From Escherichia virus mEp460_4F5, in the sequence record LR595868.1: a DNA stretch of 42,927 bases; one strand, given 5' to 3'. The position numbers and the translations under genes were made by a program. The notes under the pieces were generated by a model, which did not search any database, was not told the DNA's origin, and saw nothing but the letters and a program-made list of their open reading frames with translations. This document shows, in pieces, positions 9,680-21,020 of this stretch. Position 1 is the first letter of the stretch, and each line of letters starts with the position of its first letter.

Positions 9680-12600
9680 TTTGGGGATTGATGCGGCAGA
9701 GTTTAAAAATGAAATCCCCCGTATCAAAAACCTTCTGAATGGTGCAGCCAGCGATGCAGAACGGTCTTCTGCCCGTATGCAGCGTTTTATGGAGCGTCAG
9801 ACTCAGGCCGCCCGGCAGACAACGCAGGCGGCGTCTTCGGCTGCAACAGCCGCATCCGTCCATGCGCAGACGGTGGAGAAGAGCGCACAGGCTCATGAAC
9901 GCATGGCCCGCGAGGTGGAGCAAACCCGCCAGCGTATGGAGGCACTGAGCCAGAAAATGCGCGAGGAACAGGCGCAGGCCATGGCTCTGGCGGAGGCTCA
10001 GGATAAAGCGGCTGCTGCGTTTTATCGTCAGATTGACAGTGTAAAACAGGCCAGTGCGGGGCTGCAGGAATTACAGCGTATTCAGCAGCAGATCCGACAG
10101 GCCAGAAACAGTGGCGGGATTGGTCAGCAGGATTATCTGGCGCTGATTTCTGAGGTTACGGCGAAAACCCGTGTTCTTACACAGGCTGAGGAAGAGGCTA
10201 CCCGACAGAAAGTGGCGTTTATCCGTCAGCTTAAAGAGCAGGCAACCCGCCAGAATCTTTCTTCTTCTGAGTTGCTTCGTGCTAAGGCTGCCCAGCTGGG
10301 GGTAAGCAGTGCTGCAGAAGTGTATATCCGCAAAATGGAGCAGGCAGGAAAAGCAACGCATTCGCTGGGTCTGAAAAGTGCAGCGGCCCGTCAGGAGATA
10401 GGCGTTCTGATAGGTGAACTGGCCCGCGGCAATTTAGGTGCGCTGAGGGGATCCGGAATAACGCTGGCTAACCGTGCCGGGTGGATAGACACATTGATGT
10501 CACCGAAAGGCATGATGCTTGGCGGGGTTATTGGCGGTATTGCCGCGGCTGTCTATGGTCTGGGTAAAGCCTGGTATGACGGTCAGAAGGAGGGGGAAGA
10601 ATTTAACCGCCAGCTGTCGCTGACGGGGCATTATGCCGGAGTCACTGCCGGGCAGCTGTGGACGCTCAGTCGTGCTATTTCCGGGAATGGTATCACGCAA
10701 CATGCTGCAGCCGGTGCGTTGGCTCAGGTGGTGGGGAGTGGTGCATTTCGTGGAAACGATATCGGTATGGTGGCGAGAGCTGCCGCACAGATGGAGCGAT
10801 CGGTTGGCCAGTCGGTCAGCGATACCATAAATCAGTTTAAGCGGCTGAAGGATGATCCTGTAAATGCCGCGAAGGCTCTGGACAATGAGCTGCATTTTCT
10901 TACTGCCACTCAGCTTGAGCAGATACGCGTCCTTGGGGAACAGGGGCGGTCCAGTGATGCGGCACGGATAGCCATGTCTGCACTGGCAGAGGAAACCGGT
11001 CGGCGTACTGCGGATATTGATAATAACCTCAATGCGCTGGGCAGTACGCTGAAGTATCTGTCTGATTTATGGAGTCGTTTCTGGGATGCGGCCATGAATA
11101 TTGGTCGTGAAGACTCGCTGGATGAACAGATTTCCGCTTTACAGGAGAAAGTGTCGCGGGCGAAAAGACTCCCCTGGACGGCATCATCTTCTCAGGTTGA
11201 GTACGATCAGCAGCGTCTTAACGAGCTTCAGGAGAAAAAACGCCAGAAGGATTTGCAGGATGCAAAAGAGCAGGCAGAGCGGAATTATCAGGAGCAACAG
11301 AAACGCCGTAATGCTGAAAATGCTGCACTGAACCGGATGAATGAAACGGAAGCAGCACGACATCAGCGTGAAATTGCGCGTATTAATGCCATGCAGTACG
11401 CCGATCAGGCTGTCAGGGATGCGGCGATACAACGTGAAAATGAACGTTACGAGAAAGCCCTGGCATCCGGTAAGAAAAAAACACGCGAAACCCGTAATGA
11501 TGAGGCCACCCGGTTATTGCTGCAGTACAGTCAGCAACAGGCACAGGTGGAAGGACAGATTGCTGCTGCAAGACAGTCAGCAGGCATTGCCACTGACAGG
11601 ATGACAGAAGCGCATAAACAGCTTCTGGCTCTGCAGCAGCGCATCAGCGATCTGGACGGGAAAAAACTGACGGCAGATGAAAAGAGTGTGCTGGCCCGTA
11701 AAGATGAACTGATTCAGGCACTGACGCTGCTGGATGTAAAACAGCAGGAGCTTCAGAAACAGACGGCACTCAACGATCTGAAGAAAAAAACAATTCAGCT
11801 GACCAGTCAACTGGCTGAAGAAGAGCGCGCTCAGCGCCAGCAACATGACCTGGATATCGCCACGGTGGGTATGGGTGATCAGCAGCGGCAGCGATATCAG
11901 GTACAACTGAGTCTTCGCCAGAAATACCAGCAACAGCTGGAACAGTTGAGGCGGGATAGTGAGCAGAAAGGGACATATAACACGGATGACTACAGAAAGG
12001 CTGAGCAGGCGCTGACGGAGAGCCTGAACCGACAACTGAATGAGAATCGCCGTTACTGGCAACAGCTTGAAGTTGTGCAGGGTAACTGGAAAAACGGAGT
12101 CCTGCGTGCATTTCAGGATTTTACCGTGGATGCAGATAATACGGCAGGAACAGCAGAACAGGTGTTCTCGTCAGCCTTCAGCAACATGGGAAATGGCCTG
12201 GCAACTTTTGTCACTACCGGCAAACTCAACTTCAAATCCTTCACCTCTTCGGTGCTGTCAGATATGGCGAAAATCCTGGCGCAGGCAACCATGATGAAAT
12301 CGATAAAAGGGATTGGCAGTGTACTGGGATTTGATCTCAGCAGCCTTTCCCTGAATGCCAATGGGGGGATTTATCAGTCTGCTGATTTGAGTCGCTACAG
12401 TGGCACGGTGGTTAACCGTCCGACGTTTTTTGCTTTTGCAAAAGGCGCGGGTGTGATGGGGGAAGCTGGACCTGAAGCCATTCTGCCACTGCGTCGTGGT
12501 GCTGACGGTAAGCTGGGGGTTGTGGCGGATATTGGTGGTTCAGGTATGGCGATGTTTGCCCCGCAGTACAACATCGAGATCAATAACGATGGCACGAACG

Positions 12601-12716
12601 GGCAGATAGGTCCGGCTGCCCTGAAGGTGGTTTATGACCTTGGGAAAAAAGCGGCAGCGGACTTTATGCAACAGCAGGCCCGTGATGGTGGTCGGTTAAG
12701 TGGAGCATATCGGTAA
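9651..12716 (+). CDS. H: Tail tape measure protein gpH
   Basis: About 1020 aa; C-terminus (NNDGTNGQIGPAALK.VYD ... RDGG) closely matches lambda H; start placed at the ATG at 9651 with GGAGG upstream; coiled-coil-rich middle. Confidence 0.9.
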   Translation: MDQIANLVIDLGIDAAEFKNEIPRIKNLLNGAASDAERSSARMQRFMERQTQAARQTTQAASSAATAASVHAQTVEKSAQAHERMAREVEQTRQRMEALSQKMREEQAQAMALAEAQDKAAAAFYRQIDSVKQASAGLQELQRIQQQIRQARNSGGIGQQDYLALISEVTAKTRVLTQAEEEATRQKVAFIRQLKEQATRQNLSSSELLRAKAAQLGVSSAAEVYIRKMEQAGKATHSLGLKSAAARQEIGVLIGELARGNLGALRGSGITLANRAGWIDTLMSPKGMMLGGVIGGIAAAVYGLGKAWYDGQKEGEEFNRQLSLTGHYAGVTAGQLWTLSRAISGNGITQHAAAGALAQVVGSGAFRGNDIGMVARAAAQMERSVGQSVSDTINQFKRLKDDPVNAAKALDNELHFLTATQLEQIRVLGEQGRSSDAARIAMSALAEETGRRTADIDNNLNALGSTLKYLSDLWSRFWDAAMNIGREDSLDEQISALQEKVSRAKRLPWTASSSQVEYDQQRLNELQEKKRQKDLQDAKEQAERNYQEQQKRRNAENAALNRMNETEAARHQREIARINAMQYADQAVRDAAIQRENERYEKALASGKKKTRETRNDEATRLLLQYSQQQAQVEGQIAAARQSAGIATDRMTEAHKQLLALQQRISDLDGKKLTADEKSVLARKDELIQALTLLDVKQQELQKQTALNDLKKKTIQLTSQLAEEERAQRQQHDLDIATVGMGDQQRQRYQVQLSLRQKYQQQLEQLRRDSEQKGTYNTDDYRKAEQALTESLNRQLNENRRYWQQLEVVQGNWKNGVLRAFQDFTVDADNTAGTAEQVFSSAFSNMGNGLATFVTTGKLNFKSFTSSVLSDMAKILAQATMMKSIKGIGSVLGFDLSSLSLNANGGIYQSADLSRYSGTVVNRPTFFAFAKGAGVMGEAGPEAILPLRRGADGKLGVVADIGGSGMAMFAPQYNIEINNDGTNGQIGPAALKVVYDLGKKAAADFMQQQARDGGRLSGAYR

Positions 12717-13045
12717 TGGAGACGTTTCACTGGAAAGTGCGCCCGGATATGAATGTGGTATCAGAGCCGAAAGTGGTGACAGTGAAGCTGGGCGATGGTT
12801 ATGAACAGCGTCGTGCGGCGGGACTGAATAACCAGTTGTCGACTTACAGCGTGACGATACGTGTTCGTAAATGTGAACACCCATCTTTAAAAGCCTTTCT
12901 GGAACGGCACGGTGGCGTCCGCGCATTTCAGTGGACGCCACCTTATGACTGGAAGCCGATCAGGGTGGTTTGTCGTAAATGGTCGGCAAGCGTGGGGGCG
13001 CTGTGGGTAACCATAACGGCAGATTTTGAACAGGTCGTGGCATAG
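12716..13045 (+). CDS. M: Minor tail protein gpM
   Basis: 109 aa, the same length as lambda M, and lambda M-like in sequence (FLE.HGG ... WTPPY.W); TAATG overlap with H. Confidence 0.9.
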   Translation: METFHWKVRPDMNVVSEPKVVTVKLGDGYEQRRAAGLNNQLSTYSVTIRVRKCEHPSLKAFLERHGGVRAFQWTPPYDWKPIRVVCRKWSASVGALWVTITADFEQVVA

Positions 13046-13054
13046 GAGGCCCTG

Positions 13055-13753
13055 ATGCAGGATATTCCACAGGAAACACATCATGAGACGACACGCCTCA
13101 CTCAGTCAGCCCAGGTGGTGCTCTGGGAAATCGATCTGACAGAGGTCGGTGGAGAACGTTATTTTTTCTGTAATGAGCAGAACGAAAAAGGTGAGCCGGT
13201 CACCTGGCAGGGGCGACAGTATCAGGCGTATCCCATTCAGGGGAGTGGTTTTGAACTGAATGGCAAAGGCACCAGTACGCGCCCCACGCTGACGGTTTCT
13301 AACCTGTACGGTATGGTCACCGGGATGGTGGAAGATCTGCAGAGTCTGGTCGGCGGAACGGTGGTCCGGCGTAAGGTTTACGCCCGTTTTCTGGATGCGG
13401 TGAACTTCGTCAACGGAAACAGTGACGCCGATCCGGAGCAGGAGGTGATCAGCCGCTGGCGCATTGAGCAGTGCAGCGAACTGAGCGCGGTGAGTGCCTC
13501 TTTTGTACTGTCCACGCCGACGGAAACGGACGGCGCTGTTTTTCCGGGACGTATCATGCTGGCCAACACCTGCACCTGGACCTATCGCGGCGATGAGTGC
13601 GGTTATCACGGTCCGGCGGTCGCGGATGAATATGACCAGCCAACGTCCGATATCACGAAGGATAAATGCAGCAAATGCCTGAGCGGTTGTAAGTTCCGCA
13701 ATAACGTCGGCAACTTTGGCGGCTTCCTTTCCATTAACAAACTTTCGCAGTAA
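13055..13753 (+). CDS. L: Minor tail protein gpL
   Basis: 232 aa; near-identical to lambda L as I recall it. Confidence 0.9.
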   Translation: MQDIPQETHHETTRLTQSAQVVLWEIDLTEVGGERYFFCNEQNEKGEPVTWQGRQYQAYPIQGSGFELNGKGTSTRPTLTVSNLYGMVTGMVEDLQSLVGGTVVRRKVYARFLDAVNFVNGNSDADPEQEVISRWRIEQCSELSAVSASFVLSTPTETDGAVFPGRIMLANTCTWTYRGDECGYHGPAVADEYDQPTSDITKDKCSKCLSGCKFRNNVGNFGGFLSINKLSQ

Positions 13754-13758
13754 ATCCC

Positions 13759-14502
13759 ATGACACAGACAGAATCAGCGATTCTGGCGCACGCCCGGCGA
13801 TGTGCGCCAGCGGAGTCGTGCGGCTTCGTGGTAAGCACGCCGGAGGGGGAAAGATATTTCCCCTGCGTGAATATCTCCGGTGAGCCGGAGGCGTATTTCC
13901 GTATGTCGCCGGAAGACTGGCTGCAGGCAGAAATGCAGGGTGAGATTGTGGCGCTGGTCCACAGCCACCCCGGTGGTCTGCCCTGGCTGAGTGAGGCCGA
14001 CCGGCGGCTGCAGGTGCAGAGTGATTTGCCGTGGTGGCTGGTCTGCCGGGGGACGATTCATAAGTTCCGCTGTGTGCCGCATCTCACCGGGCGGCGCTTT
14101 GAGCACGGGGTGACGGACTGTTACACGCTGTTCCGGGATGCTTATCATCTGGCGGGGATTGAGATGCCGGATTTTCATCGCGGGGATGACTGGTGGCGTC
14201 ACGGTCAGAATCTCTATCTGGATAATCTGGAGGCCACAGGGCTGTATCAGGTGCCGTTGTCATCAGCACAACCGGGCGATGTGCTGCTGTGCTGTTTTGG
14301 TTCATCGGTGCCGAATCATGCCGCCATTTACTGTGGTGATGGCGAGCTGCTGCACCATATTCCTGAACAACTGAGCAAACGAGAGAGGTATACCGACAAA
14401 TGGCAGCGACGCACACACTCCCTCTGGCGTCACCGGGCATGGCGCGCATCTGCCTTTACGGGGATTTGCAACGATTTGGCCGCCGCATCGACCTTCGTGT
14501 GA
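13759..14502 (+). CDS. K: Tail tip assembly protein gpK (JAB/MPN plus NlpC/P60 domains)
   Basis: 247-aa ORF; JAMM-like motif HSHPGG ... S.AD in the N-terminal half; NlpC/P60-like Cys (VTDCYTLF) and His (PNHAAIY) in the C-terminal half; overlaps I by about 100 nt as in lambda. Confidence 0.85.
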   Translation: MTQTESAILAHARRCAPAESCGFVVSTPEGERYFPCVNISGEPEAYFRMSPEDWLQAEMQGEIVALVHSHPGGLPWLSEADRRLQVQSDLPWWLVCRGTIHKFRCVPHLTGRRFEHGVTDCYTLFRDAYHLAGIEMPDFHRGDDWWRHGQNLYLDNLEATGLYQVPLSSAQPGDVLLCCFGSSVPNHAAIYCGDGELLHHIPEQLSKRERYTDKWQRRTHSLWRHRAWRASAFTGICNDLAAASTFV

Positions 14503-15071
14503 AAACGGGGGCTGAAGCCATCCGCGCACTGGCCACACAGCTCCCGGTGTTTCGTCAGAAACTGAGCGACGGCTGGTATCAGGTACGGATTGCCGGGCGG
14601 GACGTCAGCACGTCCGGGTTAACGGCGCAGTTACATGAGACTCTGCCTGATGGCGCTGTGATTCATATTGTTCCCAGAGTCGCCGGGGCCAAGTCAGGTG
14701 GCGTATTCCAGATTGTCCTGGGGGCTGCCGCCATTGCCGGATCATTCTTTACCGCCGGAGCCACCCTTGCAGCATGGGGGGCAGCCATTGGGGCCGGTGG
14801 TATGACCGGCATCCTGTTTTCTCTCGGTGCCAGTATGGTGCTCGGTGGTGTGGCGCAGATGCTGGCACCGAAAGCCAGAACTCCCCGTACACAGACAACG
14901 GATAACGGCAAACAGAACACCTATTTCTCCTCACTGGATAACATGGTTGCCCAGGGCAATGTTCTGCCCGTTCTGTACGGTGAAATGCGCGTGGGGTCAC
15001 GCGTGGTTTCTCAGGAGATCAGCACGGCAGACGAAGGGGACGGTGGTCAGGTTGTGGTGATTGGTCGCTGA
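14400..15071 (+). CDS. I: Tail assembly protein gpI
   Basis: 223 aa; near-identical to lambda I as recalled. Confidence 0.9.
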   Translation: MAATHTLPLASPGMARICLYGDLQRFGRRIDLRVKTGAEAIRALATQLPVFRQKLSDGWYQVRIAGRDVSTSGLTAQLHETLPDGAVIHIVPRVAGAKSGGVFQIVLGAAAIAGSFFTAGATLAAWGAAIGAGGMTGILFSLGASMVLGGVAQMLAPKARTPRTQTTDNGKQNTYFSSLDNMVAQGNVLPVLYGEMRVGSRVVSQEISTADEGDGGQVVVIGR

Positions 15072-15090
15072 TGCAAAATGTTTTATGTGA

Positions 15091-15111
15091 AACCGCCTGC
15101 GGGCGGTTTTG
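15091..15111 (+). terminator. Hairpin in the I-J intergenic region (possible attenuator)
   Basis: ACCGCC-TGCG-GGCGGT hairpin followed by TTTT, just before the J ribosome-binding site. Confidence 0.35.
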
Positions 15112-15131
15112 TCGTTTACGGAGCGTGAGGA

Positions 15132-18100
15132 ATGGGTAAAGGCAGCAGTAAGGGGCATACCCCGCGCGAAGCGAAGGACAACCTGAAGTCCACGCAGTTG
15201 CTGAGTGTGATCGATGCCATCAGCGAAGGGCCGGTTGAAGGTCCGGTGGATGGATTAAAAAGCGTGCTGCTGAACAGTACGCCGGTGCTGGACACTGAGG
15301 GGAATACCAACATATCCGGTGTCACGGTGGTGTTCCGGGCAGGTGAGCAGGAGCAGACTCCGCCGGAGGGGTTTGAATCCTCCGGTTCCGAGACGGTGCT
15401 CGGTACAGAAGTGAAATATGACACGCCGATCACCCGGACCATCACGTCGGCAAACATTGACCGTCTGCGTTTTACTTTCGGCGTGCAGACACTGGTGGAA
15501 ACCACCTCAAAGGGGGACAGGAATCCGTCGGAAGTCCGCCTGCTGGTTCAGATACAGCGTAACGGTGGCTGGGTGACGGAAAAAGACATCACCATTAAGG
15601 GCAAAACCACCTCGCAGTATCTGGCCTCGGTGGTGGTGGGTAACCTGCCGCCGCGCCCGTTTAATATCCGGATGCGCAGGATGACGCCGGACAGCACCAC
15701 AGACCAGCTGCAGAACAAAACGCTCTGGTCGTCATACACCGAAATCATCGATGTGAAACAGTGCTACCCGAACACGGCACTGGTCGGCGTGCAGGTGGAC
15801 TCGGAACAGTTCGGCAGTCAGCAGGTGAGCCGTAATTATCATCTTCGCGGGCGCATTCTGCAGGTGCCGTCGAACTATAACCCGCAGACGCGGCAATACA
15901 GCGGTATCTGGGACGGAACGTTTAAGCCAGCATACAGCAACAACATGGCCTGGTGTCTGTGGGATATGCTGACCCATCCGCGCTACGGCATGGGGAAACG
16001 TCTCGGTGCGGCGGATGTGGACAAATGGGCGCTGTATGTCATCGGCCAGAATTGCGACCAGTCGGTGCCGGATGGCTTTGGTGGCACGGAGCCGCGCATC
16101 ACCTGTAATGCCTGGCTGACCACACAGCGTAAGGCGTGGGATGTGCTCAGTGATTTCTGCTCGGCGATGCGCTGTATGCCGGTATGGAACGGACAGACGC
16201 TGACATTCGTGCAGGACCGACCATCGGATAAGGTGTGGACCTATAACTGCAGTAATGTGGTGATGCCGGATGATGGTGCGCCGTTCCGCTACAGCTTCAG
16301 CGCCCTGAAAGACCGCCATAATGCCGTTGAGGTGAACTGGATTGACCCGGATAACGGCTGGGAGACGGCGACAGAGCTTGTGGAGGACACGCAGGCCATT
16401 GCCCGTTACGGTCGTAACGTCACGAAGATGGATGCCTTTGGCTGTACCAGTCGGGGGCAGGCACACCGCGCCGGGCTGTGGCTGATTAAAACGGAGCTGC
16501 TGGAAACGCAGACCGTGGACTTCAGCGTGGGCGCAGAAGGGCTTCGCCATGTACCGGGCGATGTCATTGAAATCTGCGATGATGACTATGCGGGTATCAG
16601 CATCGGCGGGCGCGTGCTGGCGGTGAACAGCCAGGCGCGGACACTGACGCTCGACCGTGAAATCATGCTGCCATCCTCCGGCACCACGCTGATAAGCCTG
16701 GTTGACGGAAATGGCAATCCGGTCAGCGTGGAGGTCCAGTCCGTCACCGACGGCGTGAAGGTGAAAGTGAGCCGTGTTCCTGACGGCGTTGCCGGATACA
16801 GCGTGTGGGGGCTGAAGCTGCCGACGCTGCGCCAGCGCCTGTTCCGCTGCGTGAGTATCCGTGAGAACGACGACGGCACGTATGCCATCACCGCCGTGCA
16901 GCATGTACCGGAAAAAGAAGCCATCGTGGATAACGGGGCGCACTTTGACGGCGACCAGAGCGGCACGGTGAATGGTGTCACGCCGCCAGCAGTGCAGCAC
17001 CTGACTGCCGAAGTCACCGCAGACAGCGGGGAGTATCAGGTACTGGCCCGCTGGGACACGCCGAAGGTGGTGAAGGGCGTGAGTTTCATGCTTCGCCTGA
17101 CCGTGGCAGCGGATGACGGCAGTGAGCGGCTGGTCAGCACAGCCCGGACGGCGGAAACCACATACCGCTTCACACAACTGGCGCTGGGGAACTACAGGCT
17201 GACAGTCCGGGCAGTAAATGCGTGGGGGCAGCAGGGCGATCCGGCATCGGTATCGTTCCGGATTGCCGCACCGGCAGCGCCGTCGCAGATTGAGCTGACA
17301 CCGGGGTATTTTCAGATAACCGCCACGCCGCATCTTGCGGTTTATGATCCGACGGTACAGTTTGAGTTCTGGTTCTCGGAAAAGCGGATTGCGGATATCA
17401 GGCAGGTTGAAACCACAGCACGCTATCTTGGCACGGCGCTGTACTGGATAGCCGCCAGTATCAATATCAAACCGGGCCATGATTATTATTTTTACATCCG
17501 CAGTGTGAACACCGTTGGCAAATCGGCATTTGTGGAGGCTGTTGGCCAGCCGAGTGATGATGCATCCGGCTATCTGAATTTTTTCAAAGGAGAGATAGGG
17601 AAAACCCATCTGGCTCAGGAGTTGTGGACGCAGATTGATAACGGTCAGCTTGCGCCTGACCTGGCTGAAATCAGGACGTCCATTACGGGTGTCAGCAATG
17701 AAATCACGCAGACCGTCAATAAGAAACTGGAAGACCAGAGTGCAGCGATCCAGCAGATACAGAAGGTTCAGGTTGATACAAATAATAACCTGAACAGCAT
17801 GTGGGCTGTGAAGCTGCAGCAGATGCAGGACGGACGCCTTTATATCGCGGGTATTGGTGCCGGTATTGAGAATACTCCTGACGGTATGCAGAGTCAGGTG
17901 CTGCTGGCGGCGGACAGGATTGCGATGATTAATCCTGCGAATGGCAACACAAAGCCGATGTTTGTTGGGCAGGGCGATCAGATATTCATGAACGAAGTGT
18001 TCCTGAAATATCTGACGGCTCCCACCATTACCAGCGGTGGCAATCCCCCAACGTTTTCACTGACACCTGATGGTCGACTTTCTGCGAAAAATGCGGATAT

Positions 18101-18614
18101 CAGCGGTAACGTGAACGCGAACTCCGGGACGCTCAACAACGTCACGATTAATCAGAACTGTCGGATTCTGGGAAAACTGTCAGCTAACCAGATTGAAGGT
18201 GATATTGTCAAAACGGTGGGAAAAGCCTTTCCGAGAAATGGCAGTTATGCCAGCGGTACAATAACGGTCACTGTGTACGATGACCAGGCTTTTGACCGTC
18301 AGATAGTAGTCCCCCCCGTTCTGTTTCGTGGGGGTAAGCATGAAAACTTCAACAGCAACAACCAACAGTCATACTGGTATTCAACCTGTAAGCTGCAGGT
18401 ACTGAAGAACGGACAGGAAATCTTTCAGCAACCCGCGACGGATGTCAGCAGGGTATTTTCATCAGTCATTGATATGCCTGCCGGACACGGCCATGTCACC
18501 CTGACTTTCAATGTTTCTTCATATGGTGCTAATAACTGGACGCCAACGACCAGTATCAGCGACCTTCTTGTTGTTGTGATGAAGAAATCTACAGCCGGTA
18601 TCAGTATCAGTTGA
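15132..18614 (+). CDS. J: Tail tip / host-specificity protein gpJ
   Basis: 1160 aa; the N-terminal roughly 1000 residues are lambda J-like; the central segment and the last roughly 150 residues differ from lambda J as I recall it. Confidence 0.9.
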   Translation: MGKGSSKGHTPREAKDNLKSTQLLSVIDAISEGPVEGPVDGLKSVLLNSTPVLDTEGNTNISGVTVVFRAGEQEQTPPEGFESSGSETVLGTEVKYDTPITRTITSANIDRLRFTFGVQTLVETTSKGDRNPSEVRLLVQIQRNGGWVTEKDITIKGKTTSQYLASVVVGNLPPRPFNIRMRRMTPDSTTDQLQNKTLWSSYTEIIDVKQCYPNTALVGVQVDSEQFGSQQVSRNYHLRGRILQVPSNYNPQTRQYSGIWDGTFKPAYSNNMAWCLWDMLTHPRYGMGKRLGAADVDKWALYVIGQNCDQSVPDGFGGTEPRITCNAWLTTQRKAWDVLSDFCSAMRCMPVWNGQTLTFVQDRPSDKVWTYNCSNVVMPDDGAPFRYSFSALKDRHNAVEVNWIDPDNGWETATELVEDTQAIARYGRNVTKMDAFGCTSRGQAHRAGLWLIKTELLETQTVDFSVGAEGLRHVPGDVIEICDDDYAGISIGGRVLAVNSQARTLTLDREIMLPSSGTTLISLVDGNGNPVSVEVQSVTDGVKVKVSRVPDGVAGYSVWGLKLPTLRQRLFRCVSIRENDDGTYAITAVQHVPEKEAIVDNGAHFDGDQSGTVNGVTPPAVQHLTAEVTADSGEYQVLARWDTPKVVKGVSFMLRLTVAADDGSERLVSTARTAETTYRFTQLALGNYRLTVRAVNAWGQQGDPASVSFRIAAPAAPSQIELTPGYFQITATPHLAVYDPTVQFEFWFSEKRIADIRQVETTARYLGTALYWIAASINIKPGHDYYFYIRSVNTVGKSAFVEAVGQPSDDASGYLNFFKGEIGKTHLAQELWTQIDNGQLAPDLAEIRTSITGVSNEITQTVNKKLEDQSAAIQQIQKVQVDTNNNLNSMWAVKLQQMQDGRLYIAGIGAGIENTPDGMQSQVLLAADRIAMINPANGNTKPMFVGQGDQIFMNEVFLKYLTAPTITSGGNPPTFSLTPDGRLSAKNADISGNVNANSGTLNNVTINQNCRILGKLSANQIEGDIVKTVGKAFPRNGSYASGTITVTVYDDQAFDRQIVVPPVLFRGGKHENFNSNNQQSYWYSTCKLQVLKNGQEIFQQPATDVSRVFSSVIDMPAGHGHVTLTFNVSSYGANNWTPTTSISDLLVVVMKKSTAGISIS

Positions 18615-18633
18615 ATTTTATAACCCAGATACG

Positions 18634-18657
18634 GGCGCCAGAAATGGCGCCTTTTTT
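18634..18657 (+). terminator. Intrinsic terminator downstream of J
   Basis: GGCGCC-AGAAAT-GGCGCC hairpin followed by TTTTTT. Confidence 0.65.
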
Positions 18658-18672
18658 ATTTGTGGAGTGAAT

Positions 18673-20733
18673 ATGGCAGTACAGATTTCAGGCGTGCTGA
18701 AAGACGGTGCAGGAAAACCGATACAGAACTGCACCATTCAGCTCAAAGCAAAACGTAACAGCACCACGGTTGTGGTGAACACGGTGGCCTCAGAAAATCC
18801 GGATGAAGCCGGACGTTACAGCATGGATGTCGAGTATGGCCAGTACAGCGTTATCCTGCTGGTTGAAGGTTTTCCGCCTTCACATGCCGGGACCATCACC
18901 GTGTATGAGGATTCTAAGCCGGGGACGCTGAATGATTTTCTGGGCGCTGCAACAGAAGATGATGTTCGTCCGGAGGCACTGTATCGTTTTGAAAAGATGG
19001 TGGAAGAGGTGGCACGCAACGCTGAAGCCGCCTCTCAGAGCGCAGCGGCAGCAAAGAAATCAGAAACAGCAGCGGCATCGTCCAGGAACGCGGCGAAAAC
19101 ATCAGAGACGAATGCAGGTAACAGCGCGAAAGCGGCAGCTTCTTCAAAAACAGCCGCACAAAACGCAGCAACAGCGGCAGAACGTTCAGAGACAAATGCC
19201 CGTGCGTCAGAAGAAGCCTCCGCAGACAGTGAAGAGGCTTCCCGCCGTAATGCAGAGTCAGCCGCTGAAAATGCCGGAGTCGCCACCACAAAAGCGCGGG
19301 AGGCTGCAGCAGACGCAACAAAGGCCGGGCAGAAAAAGGATGAGGCTCTGTCGGCAGCGACACGAGCTGAAAAGGCGGCAGACCGCGCAGAAGCCGCAGC
19401 GGAAGTGACTGCAGAGCCCTATGCGAATATAGTGCCGCCGCTGCCTGATGTGTGGATACCGTTTAACGATTCACTGGATATGATTGCGGGTTTTTCTCCG
19501 GGCTATAAAAAAATAGCTATTGGTGACGATGTGGTTCAGGTCGCCAGTGATAAACAGGTTAATTTCAGTCGCGCATCAACGGCAACATATATCAACAAAT
19601 CTGGCGAACTGAAAACGGCGGAAATTAATGAGCCGCGATTTGAGTGTGATGGCCTGCTTATTGAGGGACAAAGAACGAACTACATGCTCAATTCGGAAAG
19701 TCCAGCCAGCTGGGGGAAGTCATCAAACATGGATGTGCCCGAAACCGGGACGGATAGTTTTGGTTTTACTTATGGAAAGTTTGTCTGCAACGATTCTCTG
19801 GTTGGGCAAACTTCGGCTATTAATATGGCATCAATTGCTGCAACAAAGTCAGTTGATGTCTCAGGCGATAACAAGTACGTGACAACCTCATGCCGTTTTA
19901 AAACAGAACGACAGGTAAGGTTACGTATACGGTTTGATAAGTATGATGGTAGTGCAACAACTTTTCTTGGCGATGCGTACATTGATACGCAAACGCTTGA
20001 AATTAATATGACAGGTGGTGCTGCCGGCAGAATTACGGCACGAGTCAGGAAGGATAAGACCACGGGCTGGATTTTTGCAGAGGCAACGATTCAGGCAATT
20101 GATGGTGAGTTAAAAATAGGCTCTCAGATACAGTATTCTCCTGAGCAGGGTGGGGCAACAGTATCTGGTGACTATATTTATCTTGCCACCCCACAAGTAG
20201 AGAATGGGCCGTGTGTATCATCATTTATTATTTCAGGAGGCAGCGCAACGACAAGAGCCAGTGATTTGGTTAGTATCCCCACCAGAAATAATCTTTATAA
20301 GTTACCATTTACTTTTTTACTTGAGATTCATAAAAACTGGGATATTGCACCAAACGCCGCACCCCGCGTGTGGGATATAGCAGCAGCCAATACCGGGCAA
20401 TCAGCAATTGCAGCAATCAACAGAGGTAGTGGTAAGTTATATATGAGTCTGTCAAACCCTTCAGGCTCGTATGTTAATAGCGCAGCGACAGATGTATTTA
20501 CAGAGAAAACCACATTTGGATGTATTGCAAAAGCTGATGGTCACTTTCATGTGGTGACAAATGGTAAAGCGGTTAATGAAGTTTATTGTGAATATAATGG
20601 CGTGACCGCTGATAAAAATATCCGATTTGGAGGGCAGACGAATACTGGAGAACGACATCTGTTTGGCCATATTCGCAATTTCCGCATATGGCATAAAGAA
20701 TTAAATGACAGGCAATTAAAAGAGGTCGTATGA
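18673..20733 (+). CDS. stf: Side tail fibre protein (Stf-like N-terminus, Ala/Ser-rich repeat shaft, unrecognised C-terminal domain)
   Basis: N-terminal roughly 120 aa match the lambda Stf N-terminus (MAVQISGVLKDG ... VEGFPPSHAGTITVYEDS); followed by an A/S/E-rich low-complexity shaft and a roughly 300-aa C-terminal region unlike lambda Stf; GGAG 5 nt upstream of the ATG at 18673. Confidence 0.8.
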   Translation: MAVQISGVLKDGAGKPIQNCTIQLKAKRNSTTVVVNTVASENPDEAGRYSMDVEYGQYSVILLVEGFPPSHAGTITVYEDSKPGTLNDFLGAATEDDVRPEALYRFEKMVEEVARNAEAASQSAAAAKKSETAAASSRNAAKTSETNAGNSAKAAASSKTAAQNAATAAERSETNARASEEASADSEEASRRNAESAAENAGVATTKAREAAADATKAGQKKDEALSAATRAEKAADRAEAAAEVTAEPYANIVPPLPDVWIPFNDSLDMIAGFSPGYKKIAIGDDVVQVASDKQVNFSRASTATYINKSGELKTAEINEPRFECDGLLIEGQRTNYMLNSESPASWGKSSNMDVPETGTDSFGFTYGKFVCNDSLVGQTSAINMASIAATKSVDVSGDNKYVTTSCRFKTERQVRLRIRFDKYDGSATTFLGDAYIDTQTLEINMTGGAAGRITARVRKDKTTGWIFAEATIQAIDGELKIGSQIQYSPEQGGATVSGDYIYLATPQVENGPCVSSFIISGGSATTRASDLVSIPTRNNLYKLPFTFLLEIHKNWDIAPNAAPRVWDIAAANTGQSAIAAINRGSGKLYMSLSNPSGSYVNSAATDVFTEKTTFGCIAKADGHFHVVTNGKAVNEVYCEYNGVTADKNIRFGGQTNTGERHLFGHIRNFRIWHKELNDRQLKEVV

Positions 20734-21008
20734 AAGATTTAACTTTGAAGTTTCATGACAAACTGCAGTTTAAGGCCTTCCTGTCATCTCTTGGCTGGGC
20801 GGAAGATGAAGACCTCCAGAATAAACTGTTAGTTGATGAAATTGGTTTCACCTACACAGAAACAGGGGTAACAGAAGAGGGAGAACCTGTCTGTATCCGG
20901 AATGATGGTTATTTTGTCAACATTCGCATTCTTGATGACTTGTTTGATGTTTCTGTATTCTCTGATTATGTCGTGGAGCTGGAAACACCGCTTCGGGAAT
21001 GGAGCTGA
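20730..21008 (+). CDS. Hypothetical acidic protein, possible tail-fibre chaperone
   Basis: 92-aa ORF translationally coupled to stf by an ATGA overlap; not similar to lambda Tfa. Confidence 0.4.
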   Translation: MKDLTLKFHDKLQFKAFLSSLGWAEDEDLQNKLLVDEIGFTYTETGVTEEGEPVCIRNDGYFVNIRILDDLFDVSVFSDYVVELETPLREWS

Positions 21009-21020
21009 AAGGAGGAAATA

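Noticed and set aside
15732-17609. 625-aa minus-strand ORF antisense to gene J
   Set aside because: It lies entirely inside the well-supported J coding region on the opposite strand, and its product is Arg/Pro/Gly/His-rich and low-complexity, typical of a spurious antisense frame in GC-rich coding DNA.
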